In this document: piece after piece, positions 1-7,420 of the stretch
Layout: each line of letters starts with the position of its first letter
How positions within the stretch are numbered: position 1 is the stretch's first letter
IMG/VR virus record: IMGVR_UViG_3300020144_000015
Span: 1-50,659 of that record
Reading direction: 5' to 3' (one strand)
DNA length: 50,659 nt
From: a virus
Taxonomy: Duplodnaviria; Caudoviricetes
Program-made: the position numbers and the translations under genes
Notes under the pieces: model-generated
Told to the model about the DNA's origin: nothing
The model's database searches: none
The model's input: only the letters and a program-made list of their open reading frames with translations

Positions 1-1071
1 TCAAGAGTTAGAATGCCCCAGCCGCGCCATAGCGGCTTTTGCCAGCTTTTTCTGGTCGGCAGACCGGGTATAACGCTCGACTTCCTCGATAGTCTTGTGA
101 CCGGAAATGGCCATGATTTCCCTAGTGGTGCAGCCGGCCTCGGCCAGGCGGCGGCAAGCGGCCTTGCGCAGGCCGTGGGCATTATAGCCTGTGGGCAATC
201 CAGCCTCGCGGCAGCGATCGCCGAACCAGTTGCCGAAGGATGCTGGCTGGAAGGGCTTGCCGTGCTCGGACAGCAGGAAGGCAGGGATATCGACGGTGAC
301 AGCATCCAGGATCGGGCGCAGATCGTCGTGGATGGGAATATCGAGGTAGGCGCCGGTCTTTTGTTGGCGCACGGAAATCATGCCGTTGCGCACATGCTGG
401 CGACCCATGCGTACGATATCGCTGCGCCGCTGCGCAGTGAACAGTAGCAGGGAGAGTGCCAGGCGCGGCTTGGTGCCGATGGGCCAACGCCGCTGGAAGC
501 TGTCGATATGATGCTCTTCCCAGACCAGGAAGCCCTCGCCATTGCCAACTTTTAGCGCCTTAACCCCGATTGTCGGATCGTCGGTGCGCAGATCTTCCTC
601 AATGGCCAATTTGACCAGGAGCTTGATGGTGCGTAGCCGATTGTTAGCAGCGCCCGGCTTGTCGGCCTTTTCTGCGATCAACGCCTTGACGGCTCGCCGA
701 TCAAGCATGGCGATGGGCTTCGCACCATGTGGGTTGCCCTTGGAGTCCTTCTCGCGGCGAAACTTGTCAATCTCATTGCGATAGGTGGAGCGGGTGATTG
801 CGGCCAATGTCTTGAATTCGGCGGAGGCGTAGAACCGCATGGCAATATCGTCCACGCTGCCTGGAGCAATTCGCGTGCGTTCCACAAGTGACCGGCGCGG
901 CGCCTTCGCGTCGGCTGCATCGAGGCAGACCTGATATACCGCCATAAACTCGCGTGATCCGGGCAGGCCAGGCAGGGCGGTGGAAGGCTCGCCGCGCTTG
1001 TTGAAGTAGTGTCGCCTGTTGCCCAACCGATCAGTATAGCTCTTTATGTATTTGAGCTTGATCGTGGCCAT
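1..1071 (-). CDS. int: Tyrosine recombinase (phage integrase)
   Basis: Catalytic motifs TAQRRSD (R), HGLRK (H-x-x-R), SGH and ERYT (Y). Start chosen at ATG 1071 (MATIKLKY). Confidence 0.95.
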   Translation of the reverse strand: MATIKLKYIKSYTDRLGNRRHYFNKRGEPSTALPGLPGSREFMAVYQVCLDAADAKAPRRSLVERTRIAPGSVDDIAMRFYASAEFKTLAAITRSTYRNEIDKFRREKDSKGNPHGAKPIAMLDRRAVKALIAEKADKPGAANNRLRTIKLLVKLAIEEDLRTDDPTIGVKALKVGNGEGFLVWEEHHIDSFQRRWPIGTKPRLALSLLLFTAQRRSDIVRMGRQHVRNGMISVRQQKTGAYLDIPIHDDLRPILDAVTVDIPAFLLSEHGKPFQPASFGNWFGDRCREAGLPTGYNAHGLRKAACRRLAEAGCTTREIMAISGHKTIEEVERYTRSADQKKLAKAAMARLGHSNS

Positions 1072-1091
1072 TGCTCTACCCCTGCCGGCGT

Positions 1092-1337
1092 TTAGTGCCA
1101 AGGGTTGTCATCCTTCTCCATCTCGCCCTCAATTGGCAAGGCCCGGAAGGCAGCGTCGATATCGTCGATGTCCCAGACGCGGCGGTTGTCGATCAGGCGC
1201 GGCCGGGGCATGCGGCCGTCGCGCACCAGCTCGGCAAATTTGCTGGCACCTAGCCCGATATAGAGCGCGGCCTCTGCTTCGCCCAGGCCGCGCCGAATGG
1301 GTAACCTCGATGCCACAGCGGCTTTGCGCTCACTCAT
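1092..1337 (-). CDS. xis: Excisionase / AlpA-like HTH protein
   Basis: 81 aa, GLGEAEAALYIGLGASKFAELVRDGRMPRPR..RRVW, directly upstream of int. Confidence 0.8.
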   Translation of the reverse strand: MSERKAAVASRLPIRRGLGEAEAALYIGLGASKFAELVRDGRMPRPRLIDNRRVWDIDDIDAAFRALPIEGEMEKDDNPWH

Positions 1338-1417
1338 TACAGCAGATCCCGGATCAGCAGGCCGAGCAGGGCGCAGGCAACGCAGCCGAAGCCGAAAAGG
1401 AAGGACGGATCGCCCAT
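1337..1417 (-). CDS. 26-aa hydrophobic mini-protein (MGDPSFLFGFGCVACALLGLLIRDLL)
   Basis: Fills the gap exactly, with TGATG and TAATG one-base overlaps at the two ends. Confidence 0.55.
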   Translation of the reverse strand: MGDPSFLFGFGCVACALLGLLIRDLL

Positions 1418-1986
1418 CACTGCACCCTGCCGAACGGCCGCAGTGCGCCCTCGAGGGCGAGGCGGAACTGTTCTTCCACCTTGGGGGTGGGCTGGAAGGT
1501 GATGCGCGTGCGCATGGGCGGCGCCTTGGGCGTCCAGCCCGCGTTGCGGCCCTGGACGATATCGCGGTATTCGGTGGCGAGGGCAATCTGGTCGGCGTTG
1601 TGAACGTCAGCGGCGATTTCCTTGCCGGGCGGGTTGATGCCGAAGGCGGGGAATATAGCCCCGAAGAGGATACGCATTTCGAGACCGAGGATGCCGGCGC
1701 CGGCGTTTTCCAGCCAGAGCTTGAGCGGGGTGGGCAGGTCGCCGATATAGGCCTCCGCCGCGTCGTGCAGCAGGGCATAGACGCGCGATTGCGGCAGGCG
1801 GCAGGCGCTGGCCGTTACCAGGCTGTGCTGGGCCACGGTATAGGTGACCGGCTCGATATTGCCGCCCCAGCGATTGATGCGGGCAAGGCAATACCAGATG
1901 TCATAGAGCGTTACCATTTCGGGCCGGGGCGCGGCGAAGTCGAACATGACGCCGGATGGCATGGTCTTGAGGAATGGGCCGGACAT
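1417..1986 (-). CDS. HD-superfamily phosphohydrolase (YfbR/YfdR-like deoxynucleotidase)
   Basis: VAQHS...ALLHDAAEAYIGDLPTPLK...ADQIALATE motifs; start at MSGPF. Confidence 0.85.
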   Translation of the reverse strand: MSGPFLKTMPSGVMFDFAAPRPEMVTLYDIWYCLARINRWGGNIEPVTYTVAQHSLVTASACRLPQSRVYALLHDAAEAYIGDLPTPLKLWLENAGAGILGLEMRILFGAIFPAFGINPPGKEIAADVHNADQIALATEYRDIVQGRNAGWTPKAPPMRTRITFQPTPKVEEQFRLALEGALRPFGRVQ

Positions 1987-2081
1987 CAGCGGATGCTCCC
2001 GCAGATGAGCGCGAGGACGGCGCAGCCCATGACGAGCTGGCCGATATCGCTTTCGAGGAAGGTGGCGATGCGTTCGACCAT
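1986..2081 (-). CDS. 31-aa mini-protein with hydrophobic C-terminal half (MVERIATFLESDIGQLVMGCAVLALICGSIR)
   Basis: TGATG overlaps with both neighbours. Confidence 0.55.
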   Translation of the reverse strand: MVERIATFLESDIGQLVMGCAVLALICGSIR

Positions 2082-2275
2082 CACTCGATATCCTCGCCGT
2101 CGAAGTCGAAGCAGATGACATCCGGCCCATAGGCTTGCGCGGAGGCGCAGGCATCGCACCATTCTTCCATGGTGAGACCATGGGGCGGATAGGCCTCAAA
2201 CCAGCCTTCGAAGCAGTCAGCCATCGGCGGGCCGCCCTCAACGGCAACCATGGCGCAGATATCGGTGGTGCCCAT
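2081..2275 (-). CDS. Small acidic Cys-rich hypothetical protein
   Basis: 64 aa, coupled to both neighbours. Confidence 0.6.
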   Translation of the reverse strand: MGTTDICAMVAVEGGPPMADCFEGWFEAYPPHGLTMEEWCDACASAQAYGPDVICFDFDGEDIE

Positions 2276-2691
2276 CAGTTAGCCCACCCGGTTTGCCCGT
2301 GGCAGAAGGCCAGGGCCGCCTTGGCGCGAGCCTTGGGCAGGAGAAGGTCGATATGACGAGCCGAGAAGCCGCGCCCCTGGAGTTCGCTGACGATGATCTG
2401 GGCGGGCGGCAGCAGGGAGGCGATGATATCGGCCATCTCGTTCTGCACCGTGGTCAGCGAGCGGTGCGGATCGGCGTCGATATCGCGGACGAAGCGCTTG
2501 TTGGCCATTGCCGTGGCCTTATCCAGCCTGGTTTCGATGAATTGCGGTGACCAGCCCAGCTCATAAAGCCGCCCCTTGGTGGCGCCGCCTTCGGCATTGA
2601 GCGTGATGATGTCCTCGACAAAACGGTCCATCCACTCTTCTTCGGAGAGAGGGCGGTCGTTTTCGGGCGATGTTGGAAAGGTAGCGAGCAT
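2275..2691 (-). CDS. Hypothetical protein, first gene of the leftward early operon
   Basis: 138 aa; GGAGGG RBS; downstream of the PL-like promoter. Confidence 0.75.
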   Translation of the reverse strand: MLATFPTSPENDRPLSEEEWMDRFVEDIITLNAEGGATKGRLYELGWSPQFIETRLDKATAMANKRFVRDIDADPHRSLTTVQNEMADIIASLLPPAQIIVSELQGRGFSARHIDLLLPKARAKAALAFCHGQTGWAN

Positions 2692-2719
2692 GATGCCCTC
2701 CAGTGGTAAAGCTGAAGGG

Positions 2720-2770
2720 ACGCTAAATCGGAATTAAATCCGCGTCAATGAGAAATCGGAATTAAATCCG
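2720..2770 (-). promoter_or_regulatory. PL-like promoter with two repressor operators
   Basis: Exact 18-nt direct repeat AAATCGGAATTAAATCCG at 2725-2742 and 2753-2770. Minus-strand TTGACG (2748-2743)-N17-TAGCGT (2725-2720). Confidence 0.8.
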
Positions 2771-2771
2771 G

Positions 2772-3533
2772 TTATCGGTTTGCTCGGAGGTTCGCATAGG
2801 CGGTAAGCACGACACCGACGATCTTCACTTCGATGCCGTCTCCGTCGACTTCGTGGTCACGCTGCACGACGATGGGGGAGTGATCTTTGTTGCTGGATAC
2901 GGGGCGCAGTTCGTAGCGGTCCTTGAAGAAATGCACCTCTTTGACCGTTAGCTCGCGCTCCGTTCCTTGGTGGCGGGTTCGCTCGACAACAACCAAGTCA
3001 CCACTTCTTATGTCTCCATAAACGTCGATGAAGTCAGAAGCGTCCGCACCCACAACCCACATGCCGTCTAGTATTCCCGCCTCGTTCATACTGTCCCCAT
3101 AGGAGCGCCATGCGTATTGGCGAACTTTGGAATACTTGGGAACGGGCAGAACATGCGATGGAACAGGCTCGTAATCTTGATTGAAATACTCGTCCGTGGC
3201 CACAAATGCACCGGCTTGGACGCGCCCTGCAAATCGAAGGGCTTCGCCATTATGAATGATCGCTGAAGGTGAAAGTACACTTTCACCATCGACAGACTCA
3301 GGGCCTTCGCCTTCCGTCAGCCAGGCAACCGAAGTCTTGAGCGCCTTGGCCAAGCCCCGAAGCGTGCTGATGCGCGGCGCAAAGGGCTCGTGCTTTTTGG
3401 CCTTGTCGTAAATCTTTCGCACAGCGTCCGGCTTACCGGTTGCCTCTTCGGACACCGCAGTGGGGTTCGTTTTGAGCTCGGAAATTCGGCGCTCAATGCG
3501 TCCCGCGAGAGTATTCGGATCAAATTCCATCAT
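2772..3533 (-). CDS. cI: CI-like repressor (XRE HTH + S24 autopeptidase)
   Basis: N-terminal HTH (PRISTLRGLAKALKTSVAWL); AG cleavage site (VQAGAF), GDSM serine and TVK lysine. Start uncertain. Confidence 0.88.
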   Translation of the reverse strand: MMEFDPNTLAGRIERRISELKTNPTAVSEEATGKPDAVRKIYDKAKKHEPFAPRISTLRGLAKALKTSVAWLTEGEGPESVDGESVLSPSAIIHNGEALRFAGRVQAGAFVATDEYFNQDYEPVPSHVLPVPKYSKVRQYAWRSYGDSMNEAGILDGMWVVGADASDFIDVYGDIRSGDLVVVERTRHQGTERELTVKEVHFFKDRYELRPVSSNKDHSPIVVQRDHEVDGDGIEVKIVGVVLTAYANLRANR

Positions 3534-3568
3534 ACCCAACAATAGCTTAGCCAAAAACATCGGGGTAT

Positions 3569-3611
3569 CGGATTGAAATCCGTTGACAGGACGGAATAAA
3601 ATCCGATTATG
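3569..3611 (+). promoter_or_regulatory. PR-like promoter with two operators
   Basis: CGGATTGAAATCCG (3569-3582) and CGGAATAAAATCCG (3592-3605) flank TTGACA (3583-3588). Same CGGA-N6-TCCG consensus as the left operators. Confidence 0.8.
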
Positions 3612-3641
3612 AAGGCGATTTCGCTTTGGAGCGCTTCGTCG

Positions 3642-3887
3642 ATGTCCCTCACACAACAGCTTCTAGCAGTAGCAACCGCGTATTCTGCGGCGACCGGGGT
3701 TTCGATGAGCACCCTCAGCACAAAGCTTCTCAACGGCGGCGGGCGACTTGGAGCGATAGCCTCGGGTGGTGATCTCAACACCCGGAATTTCGAAAATGCG
3801 ATGCGTTGGTTTTCGGACAACTGGCCAGCCGATGTTCGGTGGCCGAGCGGTGTACTGCGCCCCTTTCCCGCTGAGGTCGCGCCATGA
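3642..3887 (+). CDS. Cro-like HTH regulator
   Basis: 81 aa, divergent from cI, GGAG RBS. Confidence 0.75.
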   Translation: MSLTQQLLAVATAYSAATGVSMSTLSTKLLNGGGRLGAIASGGDLNTRNFENAMRWFSDNWPADVRWPSGVLRPFPAEVAP

Positions 3888-4270
3888 GCGCATGGTCCTC
3901 ACTTGTTGACGATATTCTGGGCCCGCGCCTCGCGCGTCAGCGCGAAGTAGTCCTTGAGCTTCTGACGAGCGGCTGCAAGTGCGGGCTCCGCTTCGAAGGT
4001 CTGGAACTGCTGGCCGATGGCCGTGTCATTGCCCGTCGTCAGCTCGACGATATGGCGCTCGATCAGAGCAATGTCGTGCTCGGTGATGCGGCGGCGGCGC
4101 GCCTCGGTGGATATGTCGAGATATGCGCGCTGTATTCCCAACCGAAACACCATTTCGGTCATTTGCTCCGGGGTCTGCGGCACGCTCGTCAAGTCGACGG
4201 GGCTTTTCACGTGATTCTCCATAAGCTCGTTGCCCGCATCAGAACGCTTTTTCGGGGGCGAGTCGAATGA
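3884..4270 (+). CDS. Sense-strand bridging ORF over an antisense gene
   Basis: ATGA overlaps at both ends; fully overlaps minus ORF 3899-4210. Confidence 0.4.
   Translation: MSAWSSLVDDILGPRLARQREVVLELLTSGCKCGLRFEGLELLADGRVIARRQLDDMALDQSNVVLGDAAAARLGGYVEICALYSQPKHHFGHLLRGLRHARQVDGAFHVILHKLVARIRTLFRGRVE
3899..4210 (-). CDS. Antisense moron-like hypothetical protein (103 aa)
   Basis: GGAGAATCAC-GTG start; own promoter-like TCGACT-N17-TCTGAT. Confidence 0.6.
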   Translation of the reverse strand: MKSPVDLTSVPQTPEQMTEMVFRLGIQRAYLDISTEARRRRITEHDIALIERHIVELTTGNDTAIGQQFQTFEAEPALAAARQKLKDYFALTREARAQNIVNK

Positions 4271-4716
4271 TCGGCGCGCCCTTCTCATTCATTGCCCAGA
4301 CCATCGGGCGCCTGGGCAACAGACCGGCGCCACGCGTCGAACGCATGGCCTTTCTGGACGCCCCCGACCTGGTGGTGGATGGCTCAAGCGGGCGTTTTTG
4401 GCGGCTGGCTGATGATGGCCTCGAGCTTGGCGAGCCGGTCCCTGGTGAGGGCCGTGATCTCGGCGCCGGTGGTGGCCTCGCTTCTGTCCAGAATGGCGCG
4501 GGCGCTGTTGAACAATTGCGCGGAGGTCTCGCTGGGATTGGCGGTGATCCCGCTCAGCCCGACGATAAGCTGCATTGTCAGCAGCTCCTGGGCGAAGATG
4601 CGAGCCTTGAGCCCCGTGATTTCCTTTTCAAGCGGCAGGTCAGCCGTGTTCGTCATCTGATTCTCCTTGGGTTGTGCCGGCGGATCAGAGCGGTTTTCCG
4701 GCGAGGTGTCGAATGA
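4267..4716 (+). CDS. Sense-strand bridging ORF over an antisense gene
   Basis: ATGA overlaps at both ends; C-terminus resembles that of 3884-4270. Confidence 0.4.
   Translation: MIGAPFSFIAQTIGRLGNRPAPRVERMAFLDAPDLVVDGSSGRFWRLADDGLELGEPVPGEGRDLGAGGGLASVQNGAGAVEQLRGGLAGIGGDPAQPDDKLHCQQLLGEDASLEPRDFLFKRQVSRVRHLILLGLCRRIRAVFRRGVE
4384..4656 (-). CDS. Antisense moron-like hypothetical protein (90 aa)
   Basis: AAGGAGAATCAG-ATG start; promoter-like TCGACA-N17-TCTGAT. Confidence 0.65.
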   Translation of the reverse strand: MTNTADLPLEKEITGLKARIFAQELLTMQLIVGLSGITANPSETSAQLFNSARAILDRSEATTGAEITALTRDRLAKLEAIISQPPKTPA

Positions 4717-5096
4717 TTGCCTCCCGGAAAACCGTCCACCATGCGCCCGGACGTGAGGGCATCGACAGCGGCTGGCTCCAGGCCGTGTTTTTCCTGCGAG
4801 GCCCCGTCCTCGGCCGTCGCGGGATCGTCGATGCCTTCTCGCCCCGGCGCTGCGGCATGGGCGTCGGGGCCTCCCGACTGGCCGGGATGTGGAGAGACGG
4901 TTTCCGCGTTCTCCGCATCCCGGCGCTTTTTCTCTGCCGCGCGCAGGGCCTCGATGGCCTGGCGCAGGGCCGTGCTCGGCCGGTAGTTCGGAAAGCGGCT
5001 GCTCATCTCGCCCTGTCCCCCAACACGATGATGGTCCGGTTGTCGCGCGCAGCGCGGCGACTGTCACCCTGTAAATGCAGGAGGGTTTACGCATGA
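4713..5096 (+). CDS. Possible bridging ORF, hypothetical
   Basis: ATGA overlaps at 4713-4716 and 5093-5096; not protein-like in composition. Confidence 0.3.
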   Translation: MIASRKTVHHAPGREGIDSGWLQAVFFLRGPVLGRRGIVDAFSPRRCGMGVGASRLAGMWRDGFRVLRIPALFLCRAQGLDGLAQGRARPVVRKAAAHLALSPNTMMVRLSRAARRLSPCKCRRVYA

Positions 5097-5569
5097 GCGA
5101 GCCCCAAGCCAGCCGGCGGCTGCGCGCTGATGTCTATCGCGCCCTCAAGACTGATTTCGGCCTGCTGGTCGATGAAATCGGCACGCAGGGGCAGGCGGCG
5201 GAGCTGACCAATGTCAGCCAGCAGACGCTTTCGTCCTACGAAAACCGCAATCGCGCGGAATTTGCGCCGGTGGACGTGCTGGCCGATCTGCTCGACCGAA
5301 CGCGCTCCACCCATGTGCTGCGCATCCTCGCCGATATCGCCGGCGCCATCGTGGTGCCGTTGCCCCAGGATATCGGCCCCGTCGCCATCGTCGAGGGCTC
5401 GGGCGCCATGGCGCAGGCGCTGGGCAAGGCCATGGTGGCCATCGGCCAGGCGCTCGCCGATGGCGAAATCAGCCCGGACGAGGCCGAGGCGATCCTGCCC
5501 AAGCTGCAATCGATCATCGTCAGCGCCCACAAGCTGATGGAGCAGATCAAGGCGGAGGCGGGGCTATGA
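5093..5569 (+). CDS. Phage CII-like regulatory protein
   Basis: HTH (QAAELTNVSQQTLSSYE) plus C-terminal ALADGEISPDE motif; GGAGGG RBS. Confidence 0.7.
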   Translation: MSEPQASRRLRADVYRALKTDFGLLVDEIGTQGQAAELTNVSQQTLSSYENRNRAEFAPVDVLADLLDRTRSTHVLRILADIAGAIVVPLPQDIGPVAIVEGSGAMAQALGKAMVAIGQALADGEISPDEAEAILPKLQSIIVSAHKLMEQIKAEAGL

Positions 5570-6657
5570 GCGAGCTGGCCGTTTACGAACATGCCCGCGA
5601 GGCCCTGGCCGCCGCCGTCAGCTTCGACGAGGTGACGAAGCTGCATGGCGATGCGCAGAAGGCGAAGGCCTATGCCCGTATCGCCAAGGACCGGAAATTG
5701 CAGGCCGATGCCACCGAGATCGTGGCGCGAGCCGAGCGCAAGCTGGGCATCCTGTTGCGCAAGGTGAAGGATGACGGCCTGCTGAGCCAGGGCGGGCGCC
5801 CGACCAACAGCAATGTTGCGGAGCCGGAAACCGGTGCGGAAGGGGAACCGGTTTTCGACAACACGGCGATGGGCGGGGCGGCTGACAGGCCGTTTACGCT
5901 GGCCGAGATCGGCATCGACAAAAAGCTCTCCAGCCGGGCGCAAAAGCTTGCTGCGCTGGAAGAGGACGATTTCGAGAGCGCGGTGCAGGAAAGCCGCGAG
6001 AAGATCCTTTCCGCCGCCGCGCCGGTGGTCAGCCCGCCCAAGCCGAAGCCGGTCAAGGCGGAAAAGCCCGCCCCGATCGCTCCGCTGCCGCCGCGCAAAT
6101 GGCACCAGTTCGCCTTTTCGGTGCTGGCGCTCAGCCTGTCGAGCGACCGGGTCAGCAGCGATGCGGTGCAGAAGCTGGCCGAGTTCTGCGGCATTGCCGC
6201 GCTCGACGGCGAGACGGTGGATTTCACGCCGGAAGCCATCGAGGCGATGGGCAGCCTGGCCACGGTCGCCCTGAAAGCGCTGGACGGCGAAGAGCATGAT
6301 GAACGTTACACCCAGGATCGGCCGGCAGCGGCTGAACCGAGCGCGGCACCCGCAAGGGACGCCGCAGCGGATGGCAGGCCTGTCGAAGCCACGGCGGAGC
6401 AGCCGCCATCCGCACCCCTTTCCACGGCTGAGGCCGACGCGATCATTCGCGGCGCTTATGAAGGCAATACCACCGGCGGACCGTTGGTCGGGCTGCTGGC
6501 GGCTCAGATCGGCCGGCCCGGCAAGGCCGGCAAGGCCTATGTGCGCAACCGCGCCCGGGTGATGGGGCTGTCGAGCCGCGACAATCAGCGCGCCGCCGCC
6601 TCGGCCTTTGCCACGGCGCAGCATGCAGCGCGGCGCGAAGGGGAGGGGCAGCCATGA
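5566..6657 (+). CDS. Hypothetical DNA-binding protein
   Basis: N-terminus (RAERKLG...TLAEIGIDKKLSSRAQKLA) resembles the domain often found before phage MT-A70 methylases; no methylase motifs seen. Confidence 0.65.
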   Translation: MSELAVYEHAREALAAAVSFDEVTKLHGDAQKAKAYARIAKDRKLQADATEIVARAERKLGILLRKVKDDGLLSQGGRPTNSNVAEPETGAEGEPVFDNTAMGGAADRPFTLAEIGIDKKLSSRAQKLAALEEDDFESAVQESREKILSAAAPVVSPPKPKPVKAEKPAPIAPLPPRKWHQFAFSVLALSLSSDRVSSDAVQKLAEFCGIAALDGETVDFTPEAIEAMGSLATVALKALDGEEHDERYTQDRPAAAEPSAAPARDAAADGRPVEATAEQPPSAPLSTAEADAIIRGAYEGNTTGGPLVGLLAAQIGRPGKAGKAYVRNRARVMGLSSRDNQRAAASAFATAQHAARREGEGQP

Positions 6658-6893
6658 GGCATATGCCCACCTATCGCCCCGACGAGATCGTCGCCCGCGT
6701 CGTGCTGGAGCCCAGCGGCAGCCATCGCCTTGATGTCGAGACCGTCGGCGGCATCATGATCGCGTCCTATGGCGCCGGCGCCGTCGAGCAGATCGAAGCC
6801 GCCTGCGCGCAGTTCCGGGCCATCACCGCCCGCGCCGATGGCGGCCCGCAATTCCACAATCGCAAAATCGTACCGGTCGAGGTGCCCAGATGA
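6654..6893 (+). CDS. Hypothetical protein
   Basis: 79 aa, ATGA-coupled on both sides. Confidence 0.65.
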   Translation: MRHMPTYRPDEIVARVVLEPSGSHRLDVETVGGIMIASYGAGAVEQIEAACAQFRAITARADGGPQFHNRKIVPVEVPR

Positions 6894-7420
6894 ATGCCAT
6901 TGCGACGAACCTGCACGCGCGCGCCCTCCAGGCCGATGCCGAGCACGACCCGCATTTCCTGCATGGATTGCTGCTGATGCTGGAGCGCGACGTGTCCTTC
7001 CCGGTCATGGCGCGCCTGGTGGGCATGCCGGCATCGCGGCTGAAAAGATGCGCGATCGATGCGCGGGCGGGCCTTGCGGGGCGGGCGCGGATCGGTTCGG
7101 GTATCGACAGTGCACCCGAAGCGGCCCGGCCATCGCCCGCCGGGCGCGAGCTGTTCAAGACGCCCTGGCGCCGTGTCGCCATCGAGCTGATGGCGCGCCC
7201 GTCCGGCGCGCTGACCGGCGAGCTCAATATCGTTTTGTGCGATTTCGACATGCTGCAGAGCGGCAAGCTGTTGCAGAGCCTGCGCAAGGGCCTCTGCGCC
7301 GAAGGGTTCGAGGTGAGCATCGAGCCGGACGCGAAGGGCCGGCAGAGCCGCTATTTCTTCGCCGAGGACGTGCGAGAGCGCGTCATCAGCCTCATGGCCA
7401 ATGGCTGGGTGGCGGCATGA
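6890..7420 (+). CDS. Hypothetical protein, possibly winged-helix
   Basis: 176 aa, ATGA-coupled on both sides. Confidence 0.65.
   Translation: MNAIATNLHARALQADAEHDPHFLHGLLLMLERDVSFPVMARLVGMPASRLKRCAIDARAGLAGRARIGSGIDSAPEAARPSPAGRELFKTPWRRVAIELMARPSGALTGELNIVLCDFDMLQSGKLLQSLRKGLCAEGFEVSIEPDAKGRQSRYFFAEDVRERVISLMANGWVAA

Noticed and set aside
1417-1986. HD protein as DatZ of a Z-genome (2-aminoadenine) pathway
   Set aside because: No PurZ or dedicated polymerase in the window
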